Below, one piece after another: positions 31,722 to 44,200 of a DNA stretch of 64,000 nt. The position numbers and the translations under genes were made by a program. The DNA is from Eledone cirrhosa (lineage: Eukaryota). The first letter of the stretch is position 1. Each line of letters begins with the position of its first letter. The stretch lies in assembly GCA_964016885.1 (NCBI GenBank), contig OZ024758.1, forward strand, positions 22,134,001-22,198,000, given 5' to 3'. The notes below the pieces were generated by a model. The model was not told the DNA's origin, did no database searches, and saw only the letters and a list, made by a program, of their open reading frames with translations.

Positions 31722-34700
31722 CCATCCAGGGGTCCGGGTAAATTTTTCAATCATATTTTTATATTTGTTTGACCCGAATTACTTGGTCGTTTCTATGGCT
31801 GTGCGGATAATGGTTTAACCATCGTCTCAGTGTGTTTGGTCTTTTAACGTATGTTGTAGCTCTGGTTCGTTAGAATTATTGAGCGCTTGCCACACATCTC
31901 GGAAGTTGTTTTTCGCTAATTTCCAAAGCCGAAATACGATTCTCGCTAATTTATATTTATATATATATATATACAAACATGCAAATTCTTGTTAAACACA
32001 CTTGCAAAAATACTACCAATATTATCACTGAGGGTCGGACGCCATGCTTTGCAGCATAGAGTTACGGCCCTTGCCATTCCGTGTTCAAATCCCGCTGAGG
32101 TTAACTTTGCCTTCCATCCTTACGGGATCGATAAAATAAAGTACCAGTAATGCACTGAGATAATTGCTGGCCTTGTGCCAAAAGTAGAAATAAATATCAT
32201 CACTACCAACAATAACAATACCACTTACCTCCCATCTATCTTGGGCATAGTTATCCAAAAATGAAATATCCTTGGCATGTTTATCAGGTGGAAGGAAACT
32301 TCCACCAGTCCATGGTTGACCTCTGAAATATAAAATAAGGTACATCAGAGCAAGGTTTATCTGAAGGGAAGAGGTATGGAGGTTCAAACAGAACCCCCTC
32401 TCCAAACAGGGCCCATTTTTCTCAAGGCAGCATTTCAACAAGTCCAAAGACTTACCCTCCTAATAAAGTTATTTTCATGTTATATTAGCCTTTTAACATT
32501 TACATTACTCTATATATACTATTATATTTTCATGGGGAAGGCCTTACTTCACATAATATAGAATCTATGACATTTTGATATTAATTATTTGCAGAACAAC
32601 ACCTTAACATAAGTATGACTGACCAGTTACAGCTAATTTGAACAGAAAGAGGTGACAGGGTTCTGGCTGGATAGAGTAAAGATAAAGATCCCCTTCGGTT
32701 ATGAATGACCATGGGATTTGCACAATCCGGGCAAGGTTGTTTGTAGAAGACCAGCAGTCCCCCCCATACATACCAGTCTCCCCTCTCCACACCACTGATG
32801 TTGTCCAAGAGAAAGGCAATGGCCAATACAGCTTGGCACCAGTGATGTTGCAGCTCATTTCCACAGCTGAGTAAACTGGAGCAACGTGAAATAAGGTGTC
32901 TTGCTCAAGAACACAACACAAACCTCGGTCTGAGAATTGAACTCACAACCTCATGATTGTAAGCCCGACGCTCTAACCACTAAGCCATGTGCCTTCATGC
33001 AGCTGGTTTAAATGCTAACTATTAGCACCATCTCAACAATTCTAGAGACTTACCCTCCTAATAAAGCTGTCTTCATATTTGCTCGAAATGTTTGGTTTAG
33101 TATAAAGCCCATCATTCCACCAGGAAGTGGTTGTTCATGCCAAACTCTCAGGTCAGTCACAGCAGCCATTGCTAGTTTCTGTTCTCTGGTAGAGTAAAAG
33201 AAAGACTTTTAATGATTTTAACAGCAACATAACACCAGCTCAAATCCATGAACTCTCAATGCTCTACACCACATTAGCAAGACATTCTTGAACAGTATAA
33301 AACAGCAATATGGATGCATTATATAAAAAATTAATATCTTTAATATAATACTGAAAATTTTCACAACAGGACCCCATACAGCCGAGATCTTCTGGGAGAT
33401 CAGAACATCAGCAACCCATCTGAAGATGCCCTGCGAGGTGGGGATGGCTATTGCAGCAGGCCTCACTGGCCATTGTCCATGTGGTGCAGCCCCATCACCA
33501 ACACACTCTAGGCTCAGAGCCCATCACCCTCTCCCTCCTTTACTTCTGTCGCCCAAGAGTCCTTATTTCTCCTCTTATTTATGCCATTTATAGTCCTTTC
33601 CTTTACTTTCTCATACAGCCAAATTTGTGAATATTTCTAATGTTATTTATGTATGTATGGTCCCATACTTCTGATAGAGTCGTAGGGACACCGTTTCGAC
33701 ATACAGCGTTTCTTGGGCATTTTAAACCTGGCAGAACCCATCCTTCTCCATGCCTGAGTACAACAGATTTCTTCCAGAAATAGGAAGAATCAACCTCAGT
33801 ACTAAACTGGTACTTTATTTAACAACAAGGATGAAAGGCAAAGTTGATCTCGGCAGATGTTGAATTCAGAGAGCAGAGAGCTGGAACTAATAACATAAAG
33901 CACTCTATCCAACGTTCTAACGACTCAGCCAATTTGTCGCTCGATGATGATAAATAAGAGTTTTAAAATAGAGGGGTGGGGGGGGGGGGGGAGTAGAATT
34001 AATTTCTGTCGAGTAATAAAAGATTTACAATACAATGCACAATTCCAAATGATAGAATCAGTTATCTAACAACTATGACAAGACTCGAAACCGAGAGATG
34101 TTTTTTTACATTTGTCAAAATACTTACTCATGATGTTTGTTGGCTACCCAGTGTGCTACGACAGCCTGGGGTACTGCTTGTTCAACAAAAAGAATTCTCA
34201 TTACACAGTGCTTGGCAAGTTCCGGTAATTCCCTAATTCAAAGATAACAATTGAACGAATCAAAAAAAGAGAATCAGTGTACAAGGATGTTTCATGCAGC
34301 CATCTAATTGTTTAGGTTCAGACCCACTTCTGTCACAAATAACCATGGGACTTTCACCTAGAAAGTTTCCCTCCGAGGCACAAAGTTTGGGCAAGGAGCA
34401 AGGATTTTTTTTTTTTTTTTTTTTTTTGTGGAAGACAAGGAGTCGCTCATACATACCAGTCTCCCCTCTCGACACCACCAATGTAGTCCAAGAGAAAGGC
34501 AAAGGTTGATACAACATCGTACCAGTGATGTCACAACTCATTTCTACAACTGCCTGGTCCCGGATTTGAACTCGCAACCTGGCAGTTGTAACAAAAAGCA
34601 CCCAGTCTACGCTATAAATGTGGTTGGCGTTAGGAAGGGCATCCAACCGTAGAAACCAAGCCAGAAAAGGTTCTGTGTGAGAAAAACACGGTCACCTGGT

Positions 34701-35526
34701 CTAGTGTTGGAAAATGGATGTCAAGTGATTCCTTCCTGAGACATTCTAACCGCATGACCATAGTATCTGAGCTGTGATATCTCAATTCAGTGAAGTAGCG
34801 GCTCTACCTGGAGTGACTCTCTGGTCTCCAAGCTACAAATCTGTCCAGCGATTCTTTCCTAAGACATTCTAACCACATGTCCATAGTATCGGAGCTGTGA
34901 TCTCTACTATGTAGTAATTTGAATTTCTATATTTAAAGATTTCATAAAACATATCTATATTAATTTATAATAGTGATGGTGGGAGTTAGTCTGAAGAAGC
35001 ATCAATCTCACCTCTATCTCCATGGTATACAAACTTATTCAAAGTCGAGAACTTAAATATGGTATGTATATATATATATGCGTGTGTGTGTATCTTAATG
35101 TGTTTAGTATTTCCGTAGAAAACGTAAAGGAAAGACGAGTGCTCTATGTATTGTACAGAGCTATTTAATTATTAATAAACAACACAATATAATTATTCCA
35201 TTACCTAAGGTTTCAAGAAACTAGACGGTTCTTACAGAAACGTCCAGCCCGTCCATCAGATTTGCAGTTTGTTATGAAACTGTATTGCATATTACAATTG
35301 CTTCGAAATCGATCAGCTCGGGTTTGATCAAGCGAACTGATCCCGACTCTTATGCGAGTTTACATGGGTGGCCCCATCCAAATATATATATATATATGTG
35401 TAGAGGTTATATTTAATTTGTTGAGATACAACAAGCTAAAATATTTTTATAACTGATATAAAGCACTCAACAAATTATTGGAGTAAATATACAATATATT
35501 AACAAATGGAAACTATATTTATAGAA

Positions 35527-35558
<32 letters not shown>

Positions 35559-35614
35559 CGAAGTAAGTGTGGTAAAGAATCGGGTGGACCTGGTTCTTTA
35601 CCACACTTCCTTCG

Positions 35615-35677
<63 letters not shown>

Positions 35678-36275
35678 GATGGAGCCACCCATGTAAACTC
35701 GCATAAGAGTCGGGATCAGTTCGCTTGATCAAACCCGAGCTGATCGATTTTGAAGCAGTGTGTGTGTGTTTATTTCTAGTCTGAGTTTTCTTTAAATTAT
35801 TCAACGTATTTCCACATTAAAATGCGTACTCTGTTTAGATATTTAGTTTCTGACACATGAAAACGAAAACTTCCTTCAAAACAAAGAACACAACACAAAA
35901 TACAGCAACAACAGAATAATATCTTTAAATGAAAAAATTATGTTCAGAAATTTTTTTCAAAAAGCAAAACAAAACAAAATAATAGGTGACTTTCTATATT
36001 AAAAATATTTTTTTAAATTACTAAAATCTATTTAATATGGTTAAAGTTAGATAAGGACCACGTTGGATGTTGTGAAACAATGAAGCTCTTATGAAGAAAA
36101 CCATCACAGCTATTTTGATATGTAAAATAACAAAATCATAAGATATTCACCTGAATACTGCAAGACATGTTGCTGGGTGGTTATAGAGTTTATCGAGAAC
36201 ATTTGCAGGCAAAGTTCGAAGATACCCGTATAGATCTTTGCATTCCAATTTGCATGTCTCCACCGTTGCTGACAT
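10917..36275 (-). CDS. GTF2H4: General transcription factor IIH subunit 4 (p52/Tfb2), 14 coding exons, about 455 aa
   Basis: Exons in transcript order: 36151-36275, 34128-34232, 33054-33185, 32229-32322, 26502-26587, 19575-19686, 19117-19185, 18177-18260, 16187-16319, 15940-15991, 15078-15156, 14499-14546, 13953-14093, 10917-11024. All introns are GT-AG, phases are consistent, total 1368 nt. The translation matches p52 throughout: [124 protein letters not shown]. Confidence 0.97.
11127..11460 (+). mobile_element. tRNA-derived CORE-type SINE with RTE-like tail
   Basis: A box TGGCTTAGTGG and B box GTTCAATTC, a CORE-like segment CCTTGAGCAAGACACTT...CAGCTGTAGAAATG, then GGTTGGTGTTAGGAAGGGCATCCAGC and a GACGTAAAATGA tail. 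A near-identical copy lies at 52541-52870. Partial or variant copies at about 9370, 20444, 32683-32996, 46430, 47215, 47620. Confidence 0.8.
11750..13900. repeat. 33-bp G-rich minisatellite, about 65 copies, in the last GTF2H4 intron
   Basis: Unit GGGAAA(T/C)GTGGGGGGATATA(C/T)AAGAACA(C/G)AGTA with variable G-run length. Confidence 0.97.
16898..17172 (+). mobile_element. RTE-like LINE 3' end fragment, same family as 27003-27385
   Basis: [34 protein letters not shown]...MRDRDRWR, followed by a (TAGA)n tail. Confidence 0.8.
20346..20753. mobile_element. hAT(Charlie)-like non-autonomous element with an internal SINE fragment
   Basis: Imperfect TIRs CAGTGCTTCCCAAAGT ... AGTTTGGGAAACTCTG. The 8-bp flanks match at only 5 of 8 positions. 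Confidence 0.5.
21581..25799 (+). CDS. Putative nested gene: two exons, 172-aa hypothetical protein with CxxC...CxxC
   Basis: Exon 21581-21727 has a GAAATGG start context, reads MEEMDTSE...YACITCG...VKIS and ends at a GTAAGA donor in phase 0. It joins in frame to 25428-25799, which has the acceptor tttttttttccccccacttcattttag and 123 open codons (LPKKEIQ...LVCCGHCHV...KKLK*). AATAAA follows at 25883. Confidence 0.62.
21767..22093. mobile_element. Tc1/mariner-type MITE containing a SINE
   Basis: TA|CAGGGTGGTCCGAAAGTCTTGTCACCC ... GGGTGACAAGACTTTCGGACCTCCCTG|TA, a 27-bp TIR with one mismatch. A SINE lies inside at about 21816-21990. Confidence 0.8.
22092..22296. mobile_element. Second Tc1/mariner-type MITE abutting the first
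   Basis: TA|CAGGGTGACCACAAAACCACTCC ... GGAGTGTTTTTGTGGTCACCCTA, a 23-bp TIR with two mismatches. Confidence 0.75.
24371..24446 (+). ncRNA. Hammerhead ribozyme-like motif of a second family
   Basis: ACCAGT-CTGACGA-G...C-GAAAC-ATGC-GT-A-ACAGGT. Stem I has one mismatch, and stem III is minimal, as in PLE-associated hammerheads. Confidence 0.55.
27003..27385 (+). mobile_element. RTE-like LINE 3' end fragment
   Basis: [13 protein letters not shown]...[12 protein letters not shown]...LLWE...[12 protein letters not shown]...MRNRDRWR...*, followed by a short TAGAA tail. Confidence 0.8.
27385..28753. repeat. Interrupted (TA)n/CA microsatellite
   Basis: Directly visible, with a short unique island at about 28520-28605. 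Confidence 0.97.
28836..28886 (-). ncRNA. Type I hammerhead ribozyme motif, sense within GTF2H4 intron 4
   Basis: Same 51-nt motif on the minus strand. Confidence 0.72.
29804..29854 (+). ncRNA. Type I hammerhead ribozyme motif
   Basis: Same 51-nt motif on the plus strand. Confidence 0.72.
30285..30893 (-). mobile_element. Second copy of the 610-bp RTE-derived element
   Basis: Colinear with 5430-6040 along its full length, with scattered substitutions. Confidence 0.7.
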
Positions 36276-36552
36276 CCTTGTATGTAATTCAATGTAGCAA
36301 GTCCGATGTTGTTGTTGTCTTATTCTCACTAATTACTACACCTTACACACATTATTTACAACACAAACACTAAAAAGTAAATAATATAATATCTTAACTT
36401 TCACAAAAATTATTTCAGATAATTTAGACAAAAGTTTATTTTGTACACGTTAAAAAGAAATAACATAAAGACTGGCTAAATTGTAGATGTAAACCGGTTC
36501 CCCAGTTTCATGTCACTCTTCAGTATCAGAAACTAAATTCAGTATCTCAGTA
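36276..36552. promoter_or_regulatory. Putative bidirectional promoter and 5'UTRs shared by GTF2H4 and VARS2
   Basis: Only 277 bp separate the divergent ATGs (36275 minus, 36553 plus). The interval is free of recognisable repeats in an otherwise repeat-saturated window. Confidence 0.75.
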
Positions 36553-39500
36553 ATGGCTGCTTCCATTCAACATGCCATGCTGTTTTCTCACTCACAATTA
36601 AAAATTAACTCTTGTAGACAAACATTTAATAATTTTACAAATTATCGCTATTACAAATACTCTCAAATTACCAGGAATTGTAGAAAACTCATCCATAGCC
36701 GGGTAACACAACAGAGTCTAACTAGATTTTCCAATGATCTAAATGTACGATATTGCTCAACGGTAAGTGTTTACAAATACAGGTGTATATAAATTGATTA
36801 TTTACTTTTAATAAACATAAATATTTAATACACTGTATACATAAGTATTTACATTTTATTAAATGTAATTATTTTAGCTATCCTTATTTCACAGATATAT
36901 ATTTATTATTTAACATGAATTTACATAGACACAAAAACAAAAACAATATGAACTTTTGTCTGTTTGATTCAAGGACGTTTCTTTTCTTTCGAGTTCAGAA
37001 GATATTTCTAACAAATTCCATCTATGTAAGAGATGTGCAGTGAAGTGGATGAAGGAATCAACAAATCGTACCACTGTCTCATTTTTAATACTCATTAACA
37101 TTGCATTTTCCTTACATTACAAACGTCCTTGAAACAAGTCAGGCGTGTTATTCTATTAATTTCAAGATTTGTGCTTGATCGAAATAAATCACCAGTTTTT
37201 AAATCCAGCTGGTCTTAGCTTTCTCTTTCATCCTTACGGGGGTCGGTAAAATAAAGTACCAGTCACGCACAGGGGTAGATTTAATCGACTTTCCCCTCCA
37301 CCGAAATCATTATCATCATCGTTTCTTATCCCGGTGATGCCCGTGAGGGTACTTGCTTGTTTCTGCGCCTTAGCCTCGCCATCACCTGTGGTAATGCTGC
37401 AAGCGTGTTGACTCGCCCCAAACATTTCCAATGACCCTAGCAGTGTGGTGTGTGACCGATTGAAGAATTTAGTGTTTGAATGGTGGCTTTTTAATATATT
37501 TCTTTCGCTTTAATTAGATATGTTTGTGTATTATATTTATAAGGTTCCTAGCGATAATTAATTGCTTATACATATAAGTGTGTGTGTGTACTTCTAACTA
37601 ATCTTATATATTTGTTATATCAAACATTAATTATAAGAACCAGCCCATTCCCCGCATTTCATGTAGTTTTAGGTTAACCTTTTCAGTATTTATGTGTTGC
37701 TATATTTTATACTTTCTTTGCTTCGAGGCATCTTGTGATATGTTGAATTTTTAATTTCAGGTTGCCAATGACTCAGATACAAATAGCTTTGGCAGTGGTT
37801 TGGTTCCATGGCAGAAAAAAGGTATATATTTTCAGTTTCTTGTGTATGTGTGTGGGCTTATTGTTGGTTGGTTTCAATATAGATATTTTTATTCTTTTTC
37901 ATTCTCTCTGTGCTGTATTCAAATCTGGAGAGGATTGGGCTCTGCTAGGTTTAACCCTTTAGCATTTAAACTGGCTGCATCCGGCCAGAATTTCCCCACC
38001 TCTTTCTGTTCAAAATGGCTGCAACTAGCCGCTTATACTGATGTTAAGGTATTGTTCTCAAAATAAATAATATCAAAATCTCAGATTCGATATAGTGAGA
38101 TAATTATGTGATGTAAAGCCTTTACCGTGAAAATATAATAGTAAATACAGAGTAATGTAAATGTTATGTGAGATAATTATGTGATGTAAAGCCTTTACCG
38201 TGAAAATATAATAGTAAATATAGAGTAATGTAAATGTTATGTGAGATATTATGTGATGTAAAGCCTTTACCATGAAAATATAATAGTAAATATAGAGTAA
38301 TGTAAATGTTATGTGAGATATTATGTGATGTAAAGCCTTTACTGTGGAAATACAATAGTAAATATAGAGTAATGTAAATGTTATGTGAGGTAAAGCCTTT
38401 ACCGTGAAAATACAAAAGTAAATATAGATTAATGTAAATGCCAAAGGGTTAAAAGTGTCCTAGAAACACTATATGTCAATACAGCGCCCCTATGACTCCT
38501 TGAGGAATTATGGGCCCATAGCATGCCATAAACGCACATATGGAGATGATAATTTTTTATATAAATACACTTTGATTTTCTGTTTATTTCCTTATATTTC
38601 AGAAATTACTTGCACTCTTCCTCAAGCATACAACCCAGAGTATGTTGAAGCAACATGGTACAAGTGGTGGCATGAAAAAGGTTTCCACCAGCCACAACCA
38701 ATTCAGGTCTCTAGACTTTTTTTATGTTTAAATTCACAGCTGCACTCAACCTTTCATAATATTTCTTTAAGAAAGGATATCCCAAACCCGGATGCTCATC
38801 AGATCACTGCTTGTCCCAGTTTCATTAGCATTAAGCAACCGACAGGACAAGATTTTCTCGTGGACAGGAACATCATTCCACTGCATGATTAAACCCTGTC
38901 TACTGCTGGTATATATTTCCAGCTGAGTGGACTGGTGCAACATGAAAGGAAGTATTTTGCTGAAGAAGACAACACAACACACAACCCTGTCCAAGAATTG
39001 AAACCACAATATTACAATTGTGTGTCCACACCCTTACCACTAAGGCTATGCACCTTCACAAAATGTGTCCAGTGATTCTTTCCTGAGACATTCTAACCAC
39101 ATGTCCATAGTATCGGAGCTGTGATCTCTCAATTCGGAGAAGTAATGGCTCTACCTGGAGTGACTCTCTGATCTCCGAGCTATGAATCTATCCAGTGATT
39201 CTTTCCTGAGACATTCTAACCACATGTCCATAGTATCGGAGCTGTGATCTCTCAATTCGGAGAAGTAGTGGCTCTACGTGGAGTGACTCTCTGATCTCCA
39301 AGCCACACACTCTATTGAGTAACATTACTCCAAAGACCCTTCAGAGGAATACCATTTCAGCCGCTTGTATTCGCAATCATTTTCTTTCGGTCATTACTCA
39401 AGATTCATACCTTAAGTAAGGGTTGGCACAAATACCGAATTGAGGATAGCGAGGAGAAGTTTGACTTCCTCATACTACTTCTCTCTCTTTACATCTGCTG

Positions 39501-41160
39501 TCTGTGTGAATCTATGTGTAAAAGGAAGGCAAGGGGTAGTGAAAAAACTATGCTGTGTGTTTGTGTAAATGTATGTTTGTGTATTTGTGTGAATGTATGT
39601 GTGTGTTTTTGTAAGTGTGTCTTTGTTTGCACGTTTATGTTTATATACTCAAACATATAAATGCATGCATATGCACATACACATACGCATATACACATAC
39701 GCATCAGTGTATGGAAAAAAATTCTAGTAATTTAAATTTAATTTTTGGGTTTTTTTTCATTTAACTAAAAAAGCCAATAGAATGTTTGAATGTTACATTA
39801 GTTCTTTGATCTGTTGCAGGATGCTGTAAAGATGAGGAGGTTTGTTATCTGTTTACCACCTCCTAATGTCACTGGTTCCCTTCATCTTGGTCATGCTTTG
39901 ACGTGCTCCATTCAAGATGCTATTGTCCGTTGGTAAGTCTTTATACACTCTTTGATCTGGGTATCAGTGGTAGAGCTGCTCCCACGATAAAATACACCCA
40001 GTACACTCTGTAAAGTGGTAGAGCTGCTCCCACAGTAAAATGCACCTAGTACACTCTGTAAAGTGATAATGCTAGTGCCACAATAAAATGCACCCAGTAC
40101 GCTCTGTAAGTGGTAGTGCTAGAGTCACAATAAAATGCACCCAGTACGCTCTGTAAGTGGTAGTGCTAGAGTCACAATAAAATGCACCCAGTACACTCTG
40201 TAAGTGGTAGTGCTAGTGTCACAATAAAATGCACCCATTACACACAAAGGCTCAGCAGGCCAGTGTTTATCTCGGGTTATATGGCATAAAGCAATTGAGT
40301 ACAATACCCCCACTTCCATCCTGGACAAGTCGCCAGTCCATCGCAGGGTTAAACTCCCAGATATTGCTGGTACTCTTTTTCTACTGAGTATACTAGAGCA
40401 ACGCAAAATGAAGTGTTTTGCTCAAGAACACAACACGTAACCTAGTCCAGGAATCAAATCCACAACATTATGATCGTAAGTCTAATACTCTTACCACTAG
40501 GCCACATGGTTCCACATCTTTCAGGAATCAATAACATAAGCATCTGCCAATTTCTTCTATAATCAAATACTCTCATCACCCAAACTTTTGTAACCCTGTG
40601 CCTGTCTTAGAAATAATATATTGCATAAATTAATAAAGATATCTAAGACAGGCACATTTTTTTTTATTTTTAACCCTTTAGCATTTAAACTGGCTGTATC
40701 CAGACAGAATTTCCTCACACCTTTCTGTTCAAACTGGCTGTGACCTGCCACTCATACTTATGTTATGTGCGATATTATGTGAAGTAAAGCCGTTACCGTG
40801 AAAATACAATAGTATATATAGAGTAATGTAAATTTTTTTAATTTTTAAACCTCCCAATAATAGCTTATTTCCCTGGTCTACTCTATAGGAACCGAATGCA
40901 AGGACACCAAGTACTTTGGGTGCCAGGACTTGACCATGCAGGCATTGCAACTCAAGTGATTTTTGAGAAATGGTTATGGCAGAAGAAGGGCTGCACAAAG
41001 CATGATATTGGCAGAGAGAAGTTTCTAGAAGAAATATGGAAATGGAAAGAGGAGTAAATAATACTTTAAATTGTCAAATCCTTATTTCAATGTTGAAGTC
41101 TTTGTTGTTAAGTGCTCTCAGGTCTCAAATATGATATATATTATCATCACCATTTAACAC

Positions 41161-41209
<49 letters not shown>

Positions 41210-44200
41210 TAATCATCATCATCATTTTACGTCTGCTTTTCCCGGCTTGCATACACATAAATATATGTACACACACACACAAATATATATATTATATGAA
41301 GTATAATATACAGTATATAGAATATACTCATTAAACTACAAACGAAATTCTGACTGTTTGGACTATTTGAAGAGTTATCAATGTTGACACTTATTATTTC
41401 TGTGACAGAAAAGGAGACTTAATTTATGAACAAATGAAGAGACTGGGTGCCTCACTTGACTGGACAAGACAGTCTTTTACAATGGATAAGGTAAGAGACA
41501 TTGATATATAATGACAGTCGTGGTGGTCGTAGTTCTCTTGACTAGTGGTGGTGGTGGTGGTAGCAGCAGCCCTGGTGATGATTGTTGGGGGGTTGTAACG
41601 ATGGTGATGATGGTAGTGGTGGGGGCAACAGTCCTGGTGATGATAGTAGGGTTTTGGTTCTGTCAGTGGTAGTGGTGGTGGTTGCAGTCCTGGCAATGAT
41701 TTGGGTTATAGTTCTGACAGTGGTGGTGGAGGCAGTCATAGCAATGGTTGGGATTATAGTTCTGTCAGTGATGGAGGTGGTGGTGGCAGTCCTGGACAGA
41801 ATGCCAGTCCATTGCAGGTTTAAACTCCAACCACTACTGGTGCTAATTTTCATCAGAGTAGATTTGGAGCAATGTGAAATGAAATGTTTTGTCGCCCAGT
41901 CCAGGAATCAAACCCACAACCTTATGATCCCGAGCCCAACATTCTAGCCACTAGGCTGTACCTTCACTCGACCCTACATCATCTCCATTAGATCACCAAC
42001 CAGTCCTCTGAATGTATTGGGTACATTTTACTGTGGCACTAACACCAAGTAATTCACCTTGCCCCTACATGTCAAAAGAATTCGCTCCACTTTCTTCTAC
42101 ATTTATCTTCCCCTGTAATTTTTTCCTCAATTGTTTTCTTTGGTTCATTTTAGAATCTTTCCAGAGCCGTTAATGAAGCTTTTGTTAGGCTTCATGATGA
42201 GGGCTTAATATATCGTCACAAGGGTTTAGTCAACTGGTCTTGTGTTCTTAAGTCAGCCATTTCTGATATTGAGGTAAGTAAGGTTTTTTGTTTATCCTGC
42301 TTGGTTCATTTTTTAAGAAAATTTCCTAAACTTTTCTTAACCCTTTAGCATTTAGATTACTTTATATTTACTATTGTATTTTCATGGTAAGGGCATTACT
42401 TCACATAATTATCTCACATAATATCGAATCTGAGATTTTGATATTTATTTTGAGAACAATACCTTAACATCAGTATGAGCGGCTGGGTACAGCCAATTTG
42501 AACAGAAAGAGGTGAGAGAATTCTGGCCAGATACGGCTACTTTAAATACTAAAGGGTTAAACAATCTGTCTTACCATCGTGTGTTGTGTATTGGCAGAAT
42601 CGGTAGAGAGTCAGTTTTTTTACTTTTTACTGCCTGATGAGGTCAAAAGTATTTCCAAAACATGAAGGTGCTGCATGGCTCTTTCAGTGTGCACAACAAA
42701 TGCAGCACCATCAGTGAACAGAAGTTCTTCTGTAGTCTTTCTTGGTGTGTACCTGCAACAACCAGACCCTCTTCCCACCCCCTTCGTCCTCTTACAGGTC
42801 TTTCATGGATCGTTTCAGCAACATCATAATCATGATTGTGGTTTTAATGTCCACTTTCTCTGCTAGCAAGGGTTGGACAGGCCGACATAGACCAAGTCAG
42901 TACTGAAGCAGGGGTCACTGATCTCCCGGATAGGCCAGGGATCTGCATCTCACTTATGAACGGCTTCATGTTCTACCGTACCAAGTACACAGAAGAGGTT
43001 GGCAAGCTTTGAGAACAGGGTCAGGGCAAGAACACAACTTTACTTCTTCCCATTGGTGATTTAGAAGGGCTGGGACAGGTCGTTCCCAAGTCTGATTTGA
43101 CCAAGTTGGATACTATGTCGAACGCTTTGATCAAATCAACAAAGTGATGAATATGTGCACCTTTTAATAAAACATCTTCAGGTAGTTTGATATCAAAATG
43201 TTTAACCGTTTAGCTACCATACATGAAATCTTTAAATTTTACTTTTCAGATTGAAATGTTGCCTTTAAATGGGAAAACCAAGCTAGAAGTTCCTGGTTAT
43301 GGAAAGAAAGTGCAGTTTGGAACACTAACATCATTTGCATATCCTGTTATAGGAACTGGTAAGTCTTGTAAAATACTTCATGCATATTCCTTCTGAGTTA
43401 GAATAATTGTGAAATTAAGATTGAGTGAGGAAGTTTTCTTATTAATTAGAAGTAATAGGAAACATTTCCAGTCCTTTCCAGGTAGAATTGATATAGTTCT
43501 TTGTCTTATCATGTCCACCTTGTGGTGGTGACAGGATTAGCAGTATCTTATCAAATCTCCCAGGGCCATGGCATGGATGCTCCTAACTTTAACCCATTTC
43601 TGACCATACTTCTAATGAGTCTTCTTCAGTTATCCTTCCTTCAAAGGTTAAGCATTCATTTTGTTATTTCTAAAAAAAGCACCCAGTCCACTCTGTAACG
43701 TAGAGACCATTTTGTTTTTTCTAAAAAAAAGCACCCAGTCCATCTAGTCAACCCAGTAACATAGAAACCAAATCAAAATATACTTGTTATTGTTGTTTTC
43801 TGTCTTTACAGATGAAAAAGTCATTGTAGCCACCACACGTCCTGAAACAATATTTGGTGATGTGGCTGTCGCTGTACATCCTCAAGATTCACGTTACCAA
43901 CATCTCCATGGAGCTTTACTTCAACATCCATTTTCAGATCGGAAAATTCCAGTCATTGCTGATGAGTTTGTTGACAAAGATTTTGGCGAAGGTTCAATCT
44001 CTTTCTTCTCCCATCTCTCTCCTCCTCTCTCTCTTTACCCTCTCTTTCTTCTCCCATCTCTCTCTCTTCACCCTCTCTTTCTTCTCTCATCTTTCTCTAC
44101 CCTCTCTTTCTTCTTTCATCTTTCTCTCATCTTTCTCTATCTCTTTCTTTTCCCATCTCTCTCTCTCTCTCTTCACCCTCTCTTTCTTCTCTCATCTTTC

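Noticed and set aside
36276-36329. N-terminal extension of GTF2H4 in the ORF track (MRIRQQQH...)
   Set aside because: It begins at a non-ATG codon. The ATG at 36275 gives a length close to known p52 proteins.
41424-41947. Thr/His/Val-rich ORFs, and the Leu/Ser/Phe-rich extension at 43992-44387
   Set aside because: Low-complexity GGT-rich and CT-rich intronic tracts read through past real VARS2 donors.
42631-42670. Hammerhead-like CTGATGAGG...CCAAAACATGAAGG in a VARS2 intron
   Set aside because: The GAAA and NUH positions are mutated, so it is at best a dead relic.
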